NCBI RefSeq assembly: GCF_006345805.1
Contig: NC_043000.1
Location: 23,250,001 to 23,314,000 of the forward strand
Reading direction: 5' to 3'
DNA from: Octopus sinensis
Lineage: Eukaryota
Length of the DNA: 64,000 nt
A program made the translations under genes and the position numbers. Shown here one piece after another: positions 38,288 through 49,440 of this stretch (the stretch's first letter is position 1; each line of letters begins with the position of its first letter). Under the pieces are notes generated by a model that was given only the letters and a program-made list of their open reading frames with translations, was not told where the DNA came from and did not search any database.

Positions 38288-38690
38288 TAGGAGTGGATGT
38301 GTGGTAAGTAGCTTGCTTACCAACCACATGGTTCCGGGTTCAGTCCCACTGCGTGGCACCTTGGGCAAGTGTCTTCTACTATAGCCTTGGGCCGACAAAA
38401 GCCTTGTGAGTGGATTTGGTAGATGGAAACTGAAAGAAGCCCGTCATATATATGTATATTTATGTGTGTGTGCGTGTGTGTATACATTTGTGTCTGTGTT
38501 TGTCCCTCCCAACATCGCTTGACAACCGATGTTGGTGTGTTTACGTCCCCGTAACTTAGCGGTTCGGCATAAGAAACCAATAGAATATGTACTAGGCTTA
38601 CAAAGAATAAGTCCTGGGGTCGATTTGCTTGACTAAAGGCGGTGCTCCAGCATGGCCACAGTCAAATGACTGAAATAAGTAAAAGAGAAA
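38288..38690 (+). mobile_element. CORE-type SINE copy
   Basis: Family motifs. Confidence 0.85.
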
Positions 38691-39048
38691 CCAAATGAAA
38701 TTAAATAAACAAAAAAATAAATGCCAAATTTTTATGTTTGCAAATTGTTCAAAAACTGAAAAATGATTTTGTGTTCATGTAAAGCAACAGTCAGTGAAGA
38801 TTGCAGAGAAGAGATGTATTTGTGTATGAATGTATGTTGCAGTGTTAGATTGCACCAATTGTCAGTTAGCAATGTAAATGTTTGTATCAGTTCTTCTCTG
38901 CTGAACAAGGTGTAAAACATAGTTCAAATTACATAATTGCTAAATGGTTCTGTCGTACTAAGGGAGGCAGCAACACACACACAGAGTAAGTCCAGATGTT
39001 AAGAGAAACATGTGAAAGACAAGAGAAAGCAGGAGGCAGAGAGAGAGA

Positions 39049-39097
<49 letters not shown>

Positions 39098-40100
39098 AAT
39101 GTATGCTTGACAATGGTGACAAGTCAGAATGTTCTGGCCTAGTCTCCAATTTGAGGATATCTTACTCCTGCTCTCTCAACTACTTTACAGGCCCTGAAAA
39201 GGGTCCTGTATTCTGCACTTCCTTCAAGCTAAGCAATAAAATGATTGCTTAAAGTGTGTTAGATTTGATAACAATTCTTTGGTAAAGAAATAAATTAATC
39301 TGTTACAGCAGTAAACATAGCATACCCAACAAGTTTGGCTAAGATTGCATACGTCAAAGAGGAAAGGAGCCTGATTTGATCCAGGACTAGCTCTTTGTCT
39401 CAGTTGGGTGTCATCGTTTTGACATCCACTTTTCCATACTCACAAGGGTCAAGTCAAACAACTTTCCCTTACCAATCCTCCCCAAGGTAATATTTCCTCG
39501 TAGCTAGACATGTTTTCGCAGAAGACCCTACTTGTACGATGGTGATATTCATTTATATCTATTGCAATTTGTCAAGACAAGAAGACCTCCCTCCACACAC
39601 ACATACATATATATAGAAGAGGTTTCTTTTAGTTTCCTATTACCAAATCCATTCACTTTTCCAAGGTGTTATGCTGTTGGACTGAACATGAAACCACATG
39701 ATGGAGAAGCAAACATCTTAGCCTTGTCTGAAAAGAAATTAACTGAAAATATATTTCCTGTCAGACAAAGAGAGTCCTGAAATGTCACCTTCCTTTTTTA
39801 CCATTGTATAGAAAAACTTGTTGAAATTCATGAACCTCACTGTGTAATAGTTATCATTACACACTAACACCATGGAAGTTGAGCAGTAAATGACAACAAC
39901 AGTGACAGCAACAATGACGCTGATGATGATGACAATGACGGCGACAAACATTTGCTTCCTTGGACTGTATTTTTTTCTTTTTTTTTTCAGGTATTGAATT
40001 TGGTCCGGTGCTATTTCACTTGAAAAGCAGCATCCTTCAGACAAAAATATTCATTCAAGATGAATTAGAATCCTCAACTTTATCAGCCAGTCACACACAA

Positions 40101-40716
40101 TGGACCATTACCTTTTGACCAACAGATTAAAAAGATAATTTTTTGTAACTAAACACTTTCAAACTTAGGACACTGGTTGAATGTGTCATATAAAAAATCT
40201 TTTACTCGTAGTGTTTTTGAGAAAAACTTATATTTACGAAGTTATTTCATTTTAAAGTTGTAGTATTTCGGTAATTTCAACCAATCAATGATGTGTATTC
40301 GGCTGAATAAAATTATTGCTGTTGTTTGTCAACAAGAACTTCCAGCAGTGTATAATTTCATTTGTCACTGTTATTTATGATAATCCTAACCCTAACCCTA
40401 ACCCTAAAACCTTAAAGCTAAAACCAGTACAAACACACGAACAATGTCATAAGTAATAGTGACAAACAAAAAATACACTACCGATAGTTGTTGTTAACAA
40501 ACAATGGCAGTAATTTTATTCAGCTGAATATATGTCATTGATTGGTTAAAATTACGGAAATACGACAACTTTAATGTGAAATAACTTCGTAAATATAAGT
40601 TTTTCTCAAAAGCACTAAGAGTAAAAGATGTTTTATATGACACATTCTTCCAGTGTCCAAAGTGTTTAGTTTAAAAAATTATGTTTTAAATCTGGCGGTC
40701 AAAAAGTAAAGATCCC
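40101..40716. mobile_element. Fold-back element, about 270-bp arms, with a central (CCTAAC)n tract
   Basis: Left GGACCATTACCTTTTGACCAACAGATT versus reverse complement of the right end GGGATCTTTACTTTTTGACCGCCAGATT. About four TTAGGG-type repeats at 40385-40407. Confidence 0.8.
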
Positions 40717-41336
40717 ACACAATTAACAGTCATTTATGAATGACCAGCCATATTGATCAGTGATAAAAATAAAACCTTCTTTAACTTCTCAACAAAACTG
40801 AAGCATTCACAAGAGACATGCAATAATTTGTTTTTAATGATAGAACTTGATGTAGATAAAGCTTTTGAAATTTCTAAATTCTTATGATGTCAACAACACA
40901 CAATTCTCACAAGTAAAAAACAAAAGCTTCTAAAATGAAGAGAGAAATTCAAAGAATTGCTTTGGTCCAAAGGTAGAATGCCTGTTTACCAAAGTTGTGA
41001 GTTTCGACTGCCTTCAACTTTTTCCATCCAAAGGGTTTTTTAACCCAATATTTACACACTATTAACCTTGTGAGTGGATTTGGCAAACGGAAACTGAAAG
41101 AAACCCATAGCACATATGCATGTGTGTGTCTTTGTACCCGTTATTTGTTCCCCACCACCACTTGACAACTAGAGTTGGTTTGTTTATGGCCCTGTAACTT
41201 GGCAGTTTGGCAAAAGAGATTGATGGAATAAGTACCAGGGTTAACAAAAAAAAAATACTGGGGTTGATTTATTCAACTAAAAATTCTTCAAGGTGGTGCC
41301 CCAGCATGGCCACAGTCTAATGATGAAACAAGTAAA

Positions 41337-41372
<36 letters not shown>

Positions 41373-41700
41373 CCCATGCTAGCATGGAAAGCGGACGTTA
41401 AACGATGATGATGATGATGATGATGATATCGTCATCATCATCGGTTAACGTCTGCTTTGCATGCTGGCATGGGTTGGACAGTTTCACTGAGGTCTGGAGA
41501 GCCACCAGCTGCATCAGGTTCCAATCTGATCTGGCAAAGTTTCTACAGCTGGATGCCCTTCCTAACACCAACCACTCTGAGAACGTAGCAGATGCTGTTT
41601 ACATGCCACCAGCACAGGAGCCAGTCAGGTGGTACTGGTATTGACCATGTTTGGATGATGCATTTTACATGCCACCAGAACAGGAGCCAGTCAGGGAGCA
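41373..41700. mobile_element. Two RTE 3' ends joined tail-to-tail
   Basis: Plus-strand terminus 41373-41427 abuts the minus-strand copy 41428-41700 at GATATC. Confidence 0.85.
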
Positions 41701-42074
41701 CAGACCACAGCTACATGTATGTATGTACATGTAAATTATCTTTTAAATTTGTTTCCATGGAAACGTTTTGAATATGCAAATAAAGCTCCTCATCCATTAT
41801 GCTGGCCACAGTCTAGTGTTGCTGACTGGTAAACCAGTTTTTTGGGGGTTGCATCAACCTTCACATTGGTCAAAAAGGATAAACAACCCTCTGTTAAACA
41901 TCCATTAATGTTATATTGCCTGAAGAAATGAATCCCGATGCCAGTGGATACTACACTGTAATTGGGAATATGAACTGTGATCTTAAGAGACATGTGATTT
42001 GTGGAAATGCATGTAGTGATCCAAGGATTATTGTCATTATTACTATATGTAAATTATATGTGGCTGATGACAGT

Positions 42075-42539
42075 ACCGCCTGATTGGCACCCATGCCAGT
42101 GGAACGTTAGAAGCACCATTCCAGCGTGATCGCTGCCAGGGCTGCTGACTGGCTCCCGTGCTGGTGGAACATTAGAAGCACCATTTGAGTGTGATCATTG
42201 CCAGGGCCGCTGACTGGCTCCCATGCTGGTGGCACATAAAAAAAGCACCATTTGAGTGTGGTTGTTGCCAGTGCCACCGGACTGGCTCCTGTGCAGGTGG
42301 CACATAAAAAGCACAATTTGAGCGTGGCTGATGCCAGTACAGGCCCTCGTGCCACTGGCACATAAAAGCACCCACTACACTCTCGGAGTGGTTGGCATTA
42401 GGAAGGGCATCCAGCCGTAGAAACTTTGCCAGATCAGATTGGAGATTGGTGCAGCCTTCAGGCTCACCAGCCCTCAGTCAAACCATCCAACCCATGCCAG
42501 CATGGAAAGTGGACGTTAAACGAAGATGATGATGATGAT
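42075..42539 (+). mobile_element. RTE 3'UTR copy abutting the PLE
   Basis: Family motifs. (GAT)n tail runs into (TA)n. Confidence 0.85.
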
Positions 42540-42574
<35 letters not shown>

Positions 42575-42630
42575 TTGTAAAAAATGAAGTTCGAAAATGC
42601 TGCTGTATTATACAATTTTTAATTTTATAA

Positions 42631-42672
42631 TACATTATAACATGTTTCAGTTCCTGAAATGAACCTTATCAA
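42631..42672 (-). ncRNA. Degenerate minimal hammerhead ribozyme in PLE pLTR (U3-A8 variant)
   Basis: Minus strand UUGAUAA-GGUUC(AUUUCAG)GAACU-GAAA-CAUGU-U. Helix III is the palindrome ACAUGU. Stem I is not convincingly paired. Confidence 0.45.
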
Positions 42673-42984
42673 AAAAAGTTTAATATAAAAAGAGACAGCT
42701 CATGCCGTCAAACACAAGAAATTCATTTATAATACACAACGGAGTCAGACATCTTAGAGTCATGTATAGTTGATATATAGTTCATGTATAGTTGATATAT
42801 AGTTTGAAGTATATGTTCAAAGTGTTCGATGCAGTGGCCCACGGTGGCGATACGTATTCAATACAAAAAACAGATCAAAGTGGTGGAAAGCGGTCAATAC
42901 AGAAGATTGATGTTTCCGAAAGAGCGAGGAATTCATTTTTACCTTAAGCAATTGTGATGACCCATGGTGGAAGTTCGCTGGGTG

Positions 42985-43385
42985 GTTCTAGTGAGTTTTT
43001 GTGAAATGCTCGGTTTTATAATGCCTGTTAGGTGGTCAATCTAGCGTAGCTGACGTCATCAATGTTTTGACCAATCGTTTCGTTAGGTGGCTTTAACCAA
43101 GTGGAACGGGACGTCATCATTATTTTGACCAATCGCTGCATTATAACTCCCTCTTGTTTGTTTCCTGTCTTGACCAAGTCGCTTCGTTAGTCATGCATAG
43201 CGGGACGTCATCCAGATTCTGCCCAATCACGACTTATAGCTACATTAGATCTGCCCCTGTCTGTACTTGTTAGGTGACTATTCAAGCAGAAAAGGACGTC
43301 ATCAATATTCTGACTAATGACTGTCCCCTGTTTGTATCCTGTCCATTCTAGCAGAGCTAGACGTCATCAACTTGTTGACCAATCA
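42985..43385 (-). promoter_or_regulatory. Putative PLE pLTR Pol II promoter: 5x CCAAT-box/CRE-like composite, TATA box, Inr-like site
   Basis: GACGTCATC-N10-CCAAT (plus-strand reading) at 43052, 43110, 43204, 43295 (CTAAT variant) and 43360. TATAAAA on minus at 43020-43014. CTCA(+1)CT with A at 42992, 28 nt downstream of the TATA. Confidence 0.6.
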
Positions 43386-43551
43386 GAATCGGGTCTGACC
43401 CTTAGCTGTATCGTATGTATCAGGGTCAGATTTGCACGAAAGAATTTTTTTTCCTTTTTTACTAAGGCATATTTCCGTCAGAGTGAGTGTCTGTTTGAAG
43501 TAGCGCGTGGTGGAAATTTGGTTCTCCTTTTCGGAGGACTTATCTTTTGTT

Positions 43552-45890
43552 TTAGTATTCCTGGCCCAGGGTGTTTAAACTTGGTCTAAATTTTTTTATG
43601 AAATATAGTTCTTTATTTTGGCGTGTGTGTAGGTTGCGTTGTCACTGAATTTATAGAGCGGGTTAGTTGTAAATTCGGATTTACATTTCCAGCACATCTA
43701 TCTATGTGTCCGCTGACCGGTATTTTGCTGGTAATCAGGGTTTCTAATTTGTGATTTATGCACCGCCATCCTGTTACGTAAGCTATTTTTTGTATGGCCT
43801 ATATACTGCCTATTGCAGCCTGCGCATGTTATGACGTAAATTAAGTTTTCTGATGCGCAGGTGAAGTTTGTTCTAATGGTGAACTGGTGGCCTTGTTCCA
43901 GTATAAATTCTGATCCTTCTTTCAAGATGACACAGATTCCGCAGTTGGGCCTTCCACATTTTCTAACTGCTGGTTTTGTGGTTGATGTTGAGTGCAGTGT
44001 AGCTTGGGTTAAAATCATTTTCAAGGATTTTGGTTGCCGTTTACTTTTAATGATGGTGTGTGTTTCGAGGATCCGGTTCATCTTTGGGTCTCCCTTTAGT
44101 AGGGCTGTGCTTTGTAGTATGGTGTTGAAGGCCTCATTGTTGAGTGGGTTGTGTGTAGAGATGTAGGGAAGGGTTTTTAATTGTTCTTTCTTTTTTGGTT
44201 TTGTTTGTCTCAGGTCTTCTATACTTAATTTAAGTACCCGTTGGATTGCACTGTCTATTAGGGGCTGTGGATAGTTTCTATTTGTGAGTGTGGTTCTAAG
44301 TTCCTGGAGACGTGTGTGTCGGGTGTTTGTGTCTGATATTATGGTGCAAATCCTTCTAGCTAAACAAAAAGGGACATTCATTCTAGTGTGTCGGGGTGGC
44401 ATATGAATCAAAGGGTAGGTACTGTTTAGAGTCTGTCGGTTTATAGTAGATATCTGTCTCTATGTTGTTGCCGGTTTTCTTAATGAGGATGTCTAAAAAT
44501 GGTAATTCTTTTTCGTTGTGGTCCATCGTGAATTGTGTATTGTCATTTATTCCATTTAATAGAATTTTAAATTCCTCAAGTTTCTCTATGCCTTTGTCCC
44601 AGATGATGAAACAGTCATCAAGGTATCTTTTCCAGTTGTTATGGATATAGGTGGCGAAGGTGTTTCCATATTTCTCGAGTGTCATCCGGTATAGTATTTT
44701 CTCGAGGTATCCCATCACTAGGTTGGCAAAAGATGGTGCAGTACGCGTGCCCATCGCTGTTCCCGATCTTTGCCTGTTAGAAATCATTGTCAAAAATAAA
44801 ATAATTGTTCTCTAAAATGAATCTAAGTCCTTCTATTATAAGGTCTTTGTTTATGCGAGTTGGGAGTTCAAAGGGGTAGTTATTCAGCCAGAAGGTGATT
44901 GCTTCTATTCCTAGGTTGTGAGGGATGTTAGAATAAAGATTAACTACGTCGAATGATACTAGAAGGTTTTTTCTCATTGACTGTTTTAGGGAGGTGGTTG
45001 AGCATATCTATATCGTCTCTTACGTAGCTTTTGATGTGTTTTAGGAAAGGTTTAAGAAGTGTGTCTAAGAAATTGCTGAGGCGGTGAGTTTCACATGCTG
45101 GCCCTGCTATTATCGGTCTTAGTTTAAGATCATTTGGTGAAGGGATTTTGATGAGTGTGTCGGTGGATGTTTTGCACGTTTCTCTAATGGTTTGGCTTTT
45201 GTGTACCTTAGGGATACCATAGAACAAACTCGATTTGCATTTGAAGTTAGTGATGTATTCATACTCCTTGTTCGTGAGTCCTTCTTGGTATGTGTTGATT
45301 AATGTCCTAAGGTTATGCATTATTTTTTGCTGGTTATACTGTTGGGCCCTTTCATAATACGTTTCATCTCTTAATAGGGATAGCACTAAATTTTTATATT
45401 GTTTGTATTCATTATTACTATCGCGTTGCCCTTATCTGCCTCCTTAAATGTTATTGTTTGTGTCTTCTCTTAGTTTGATGAGGTCGTTCCATTCTCTTTT
45501 GTTGAAGTTAGGGCTGTGTTTTTGTTTCTTGATGAATTGAAAGGGGAAATTAGTTATGTAGTCACAATGTGGTCTAAGGCTTTATTCTTACCTTGTGGGG
45601 GTGTAATTGCTCTTGTTTCTAGCTATTGAGTCCTCCTCTATTTGTTTGTCTTGAAATGCCTCGGTGAGTCTTAGTTTTCTGCAAAATTCCGAAATATCAT
45701 CTTTCATTTCATAATAATTAGAACGTTGTGGGGTGGGTGTAAATTTAAGTCCTTTGGAGAGTATGCTTATTTCGTTAGGTGTAAGTTCTTTGTTTGAGAG
45801 ATTGATTATCTTAATTACCTGAGGTTTCTTTTGTTTGTCCTTTGCCATCGTGTGTCCCTGTTCCTGTGTGTGGGGTCTAAAAAATGGTTG
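43552..45890 (-). pseudogene. PLE RT-endonuclease polyprotein, broken by many 1-bp frameshifts
   Basis: Track ORFs 45588-45848, 44940-45386, 44777-44977, 44383-44793 and 43698-44411 are consecutive pieces of one protein. The GIY-YIG tail continues in other frames to ..RQNKELYFIKKFRPSLNTLGQEY* (stop near 43552). Confidence 0.9.
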
Positions 45891-46654
45891 GTGTAGTTAT
45901 GTTCAAAGCTATTATTTATCTGTCTCATGTTGTTATAATTGTCAGAGTGAGTTTGTGGTGCTCTGTTCTGGAGTCTGTTGTATATATATATATATTGTAT
46001 GAATACATATATATACGTTTTATGAATACATATATATACATCTTAAGCTGGATCAATTGAAGACAAGCACACCAATATTCTAGTAGAAATTCTAACTATA
46101 AATATTTTGAACTGTAATTATAAATAATAAAAACTGTAATGTATAAATATTTAAAAACTATATGGATGTGAGAAATTATCAATTTCTATTTATAAATGAT
46201 AACCTTTAAAAATTTATCAATTTAAACATAGAATATTGGTTTGCCTGCCTTCAATTCATCAAGCACAGTGTGTGTGTATGAATACACACATGTACGTATA
46301 TATATTTTTTTAATCTTATAATTTTTAATTCTTTAATTTAAAAATTTTTTGGTTTTCAATTTTAATCTTTAACCCTTAATTTTTAAAATTCTTTTCATTT
46401 AATTTAATCCAAAATTATATTTGGCCATCAGTTTTATCTGGTTTTTAAAAACTCTTTGATTTTATTTTAGCTTTATTTTTAACCTCACATGTTCCCTCTG
46501 TTTTGTGTCCACTCTTACCAAAGCTTTCTCTACTTTCCCTATCATAAAATAGTAACTGCTGATTTTTCATTCCATTTACCATTCATTTTTTCTAATACAA
46601 TTCACTCCCAATGTGAGATAGCATGAACAACCCAATATTAAAGATTTAAACTGA

Positions 46655-47100
46655 CTTGACTTGACTTGAGACAGCATTCACCTGGGGTGGGTTGAGCTGG
46701 CTTCATTCATCCTCAATGCTGCATCTCTCACAAACACCGACCAGACCTGGCGATTTGAGGCTAACAACCACGTGATCTCCAACCACTCCTTATTCCAGCG
46801 GCGAATGCTGTAGATATGGGGGTCCAAGTTGGGTTCCAGATCAGCCTTGACTGTCATCAGCCAGGTTTTTCGTTGTCCACCACATCACTTTCGCCAACCC
46901 TGAAGGGGAGCTGGGGCAATTGCTTCGTAGATGAATTCTTCTGGTTGACGACAGAGGGCATGATCCAGCCAACGCAGACGTCTCATTAGGATGACTTGTC
47001 AGAGGGAGGTGATTCTGCACTGGTGTTGCACCGAATCTCAATAGTATTTGACCTGAAGACAATGCAGATGTTTCTGAATGTGATGAGGGATTTTATGACT
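46655..47100 (-). mobile_element. RTE LINE 3' end with (AAGTC)n tail
   Basis: RRLRWLDHAL..GGQRKTWLMTVKADL..LASNRQVWSVFVRD, followed by a TCAAG repeat tail. Confidence 0.8.
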
Positions 47101-47370
47101 GTCCCTTCCTTAATTTCAGCCATCCTTGGTCCCTTATTCCAGGCATACTTCCCTTCCTCTATTCTTTCTAATCCTTCCTCTCTTCTTTTCCAAATCATCA
47201 CTTCACTTTGCCTTTTCTTTTTATCTCTCTTCCACTCACCTTATATTTGTCTCTTTTTGCTCCCTTTCCCATGTCTGTATCATTTTTTCAGTGTTCTGCT
47301 TGCTTATAACCAGAAATGACTCTGACAAAAGTAGCATTAATTCTCTAAGTTGTTCAATTTTTCTCAACTA

Positions 47371-47735
47371 GGCGTACGAATGGCTGTGTGTCCCACTGCG
47401 TGGCACCTTGAGCAAGTGTCTTCTACTATAGCCTCGGGCCGACTAAAGCCTAGTGAGTAGATTTGATAGACAGAAACTGAAAGAAGTCTGTTGTATATAT
47501 GTATATATATGTGTGTGTTTGTGTGTGTCTATGTTTATCCACCCCACTCCCCAACATCACTTGACATCCAATGCTGGTGTGTGTACGTCTCTGTAACTTA
47601 GCAGTTCAGCAAAAAGAAACCGATAGAATAAGTACTAGGCTTACGAAGAATAAGTCCTGGGGTTGATTTGCTCGACTAAAAGGTGGTGCTCCAGCATGGC
47701 CACAGTCAAATGACTGAAAAAAGTAAAAGAATAAA
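47371..47735 (+). mobile_element. CORE-type SINE copy with a deletion in the head
   Basis: Family motifs. Confidence 0.8.
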
Positions 47736-48129
47736 AGAATAGTAAGCCAAGAACTCTGTTTCTATAGTAACCAAGTAGTGTAACCACCATGTGTTCCATA
47801 ACTGTTTGCAAAGAATTCTGTTTCCATAGTAACTAAAGATGCTGTGCATGTGCACAAGGAGTGTAACCACCACATGTTTGATAATTGTTTGTTTTTGCCC
47901 TCGACCCACCCTTCTTGCTATTGTGACAGATGAAGGAAGAAGCAATGGACATGCTGTTTTCTGATTGGCTGAAAATAATGAAAATTATCAAACTTTGAAC
48001 ACCTGTAACATTTCCACAAACTTTTTCTAGAACAAATGAATAACAAATTGGGATTCAGTGTCAAAAAATTACATCTATATGATACATTAAAAAGTTTTTT
48101 TAAAGATTTCAATAGTGACGATAACCACA

Positions 48130-48295
48130 AAGACCCAAGGACAGGTCTTCTTAAATACAGCAAGGCACAAGATGTCTCGGTCTTTTGTCATCTCTCCAAA
48201 AAGTTTAGCATTCTGAGGCTGTCCTTTAGTACTTCGGCTCATGTATTTCTAGATCTCCCTCTTCCACGAGTTCTATCCACTTTCAGTAAACATTG
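48130..48295 (-). mobile_element. RTE ORF C-terminal fragment
   Basis: DRTRGRGRSRNT*AEVLKDSLRML..MTKDRDILCLAVFKKT. Confidence 0.65.
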
Positions 48296-48299
48296 ATTT

Positions 48300-49440
48300 G
48301 TTCTTATAGATGAATCTATACTAGAAACAGAGAAGAAATTTCAGGTGAAGAAGCAAGGACTGCAATCAAAGAACTTTAGAGTTAATTAAGCAAAGACCAA
48401 AATAATAGTAAGCAGAAAGCAGACAAATTATTTATTCTGTCTTGGAAATGGCCCAACTCATCATCATCATATTCATCGTTTAACGTCCGCTTTCCATGCT
48501 AGCATGGATTGGACAGTTTGACTGAGGGCTGGCGAACCAGATGGCTGCACCAGGCTTCAATCTTGATCTGGCAGAGTTTCTACAGCTGGGTGCCCTTCCT
48601 AACGCCAACCACTCCAAGAGTGTAGTGGGTGCTTTTATGTGCCACTGGCACGGGGCCAGCCAAGCGGCACTGGCAACGACCTCGCTCGAATCTTTTACAC
48701 ATGTCACCAGCACAGGTGTCAGTAAGGCGATGCTGGTAACGATCTTGCTTGAATGGTGTCTTTTACTCAATATGTAAAAAAAAGGTGTAGCTAAAAATTC
48801 CATATGGTGTACCTAGTGGAAGCTATGGACACAAAAGAGCTACAGTGGATCATAAGAAGATAAGCAGAGAAAGTAGTCTTTTTGTGTGGCAGTTGAAACA
48901 CTAGGAATGTACAGAGAATAGATTTCCTCATACTTTGGCAGTGACAGTGCGGCGGGGGGGGGGGGGGGCTTAGTCCTTAGAAGTAGTCAATAGCTTTTGT
49001 TACCTAGGCAACCAAGTAAGCAGTCAAGAGGCATGTTCTGGAAGCTTAGTTGAAAAGTTCAGAGAGCTGCTATCTTACTACTACCTTTGTTGGTAACAAA
49101 GGGCCTCTCCCTCAGAGTGAAAGGCAGATTGTATGATGCCTGGCTGTGTATGAACAGCTATGCTACATGGCAGGGAAACATGGGCTGTGAGTGCAGAGGA
49201 CATGCAAAGGCTTGAAAGAAATGAAACCAGAATTCTCTGATGGATGTACAATGTCAGTGTACATGTGTGACAAAGTTTAGATGTATTGAGAGAAAAATTG
49301 TGTATAAGAAGCATCAGATGTAGCGTGCAAGTGAGAAAACTGAGCTGGTATTGTGATGTGAAACATGGATGAAGACAGCTGCATAAAAGAATGTCGATCT
49401 CCAAATATGGAGGAAACCTGTAGAAGAGGAAAACCTAGGA
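48300..49440 (+). mobile_element. RTE LINE ORF fragment, interrupted by a minus-strand RTE 3' end at 48460-48770
   Basis: RVN*AKTKI, GVAKNSIWCT, SLEVVNSFCYLGNQVS, GLSLRVKGRLYDA, ETWAV, RLERNE, CRRGKPR. Confidence 0.8.

Larger units (their letters stand above)
42576..45980 (-). mobile_element. Penelope-like retroelement (RT + C-terminal GIY-YIG endonuclease), 5'-truncated, with 3' pseudo-LTR, flanked by (TA)n
   Basis: Ordered minus-strand fragments: INLSNKELTPNEISILSKGLKFTPTP; ADKG (frameshifted); FYGIPKVHKS..LRPII; LVSFDVVNLYSNIPH; GTAMGTRTAPSFANLVMG; WKRYLDDCF; LPFLDILI; YYKPTD; HPRHTRMNVPFCLARRI; linker CGRPNCGIC; NLIYVITCAGCNRQYIGHT..L..R..VH. (TA)n tracts at 42540-42575 and 45981-46040. 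Confidence 0.95.

Noticed and set aside
40385-40407. Chromosome end
   Set aside because: Only about four repeats, located at the centre of a fold-back element.
43698-44411. Selenoprotein (Naiad-type, UGA-recoded) PLE
   Set aside because: The linker and GIY-YIG cysteines are ordinary Cys codons. The breaks I traced are frameshifts, not in-frame UGA.
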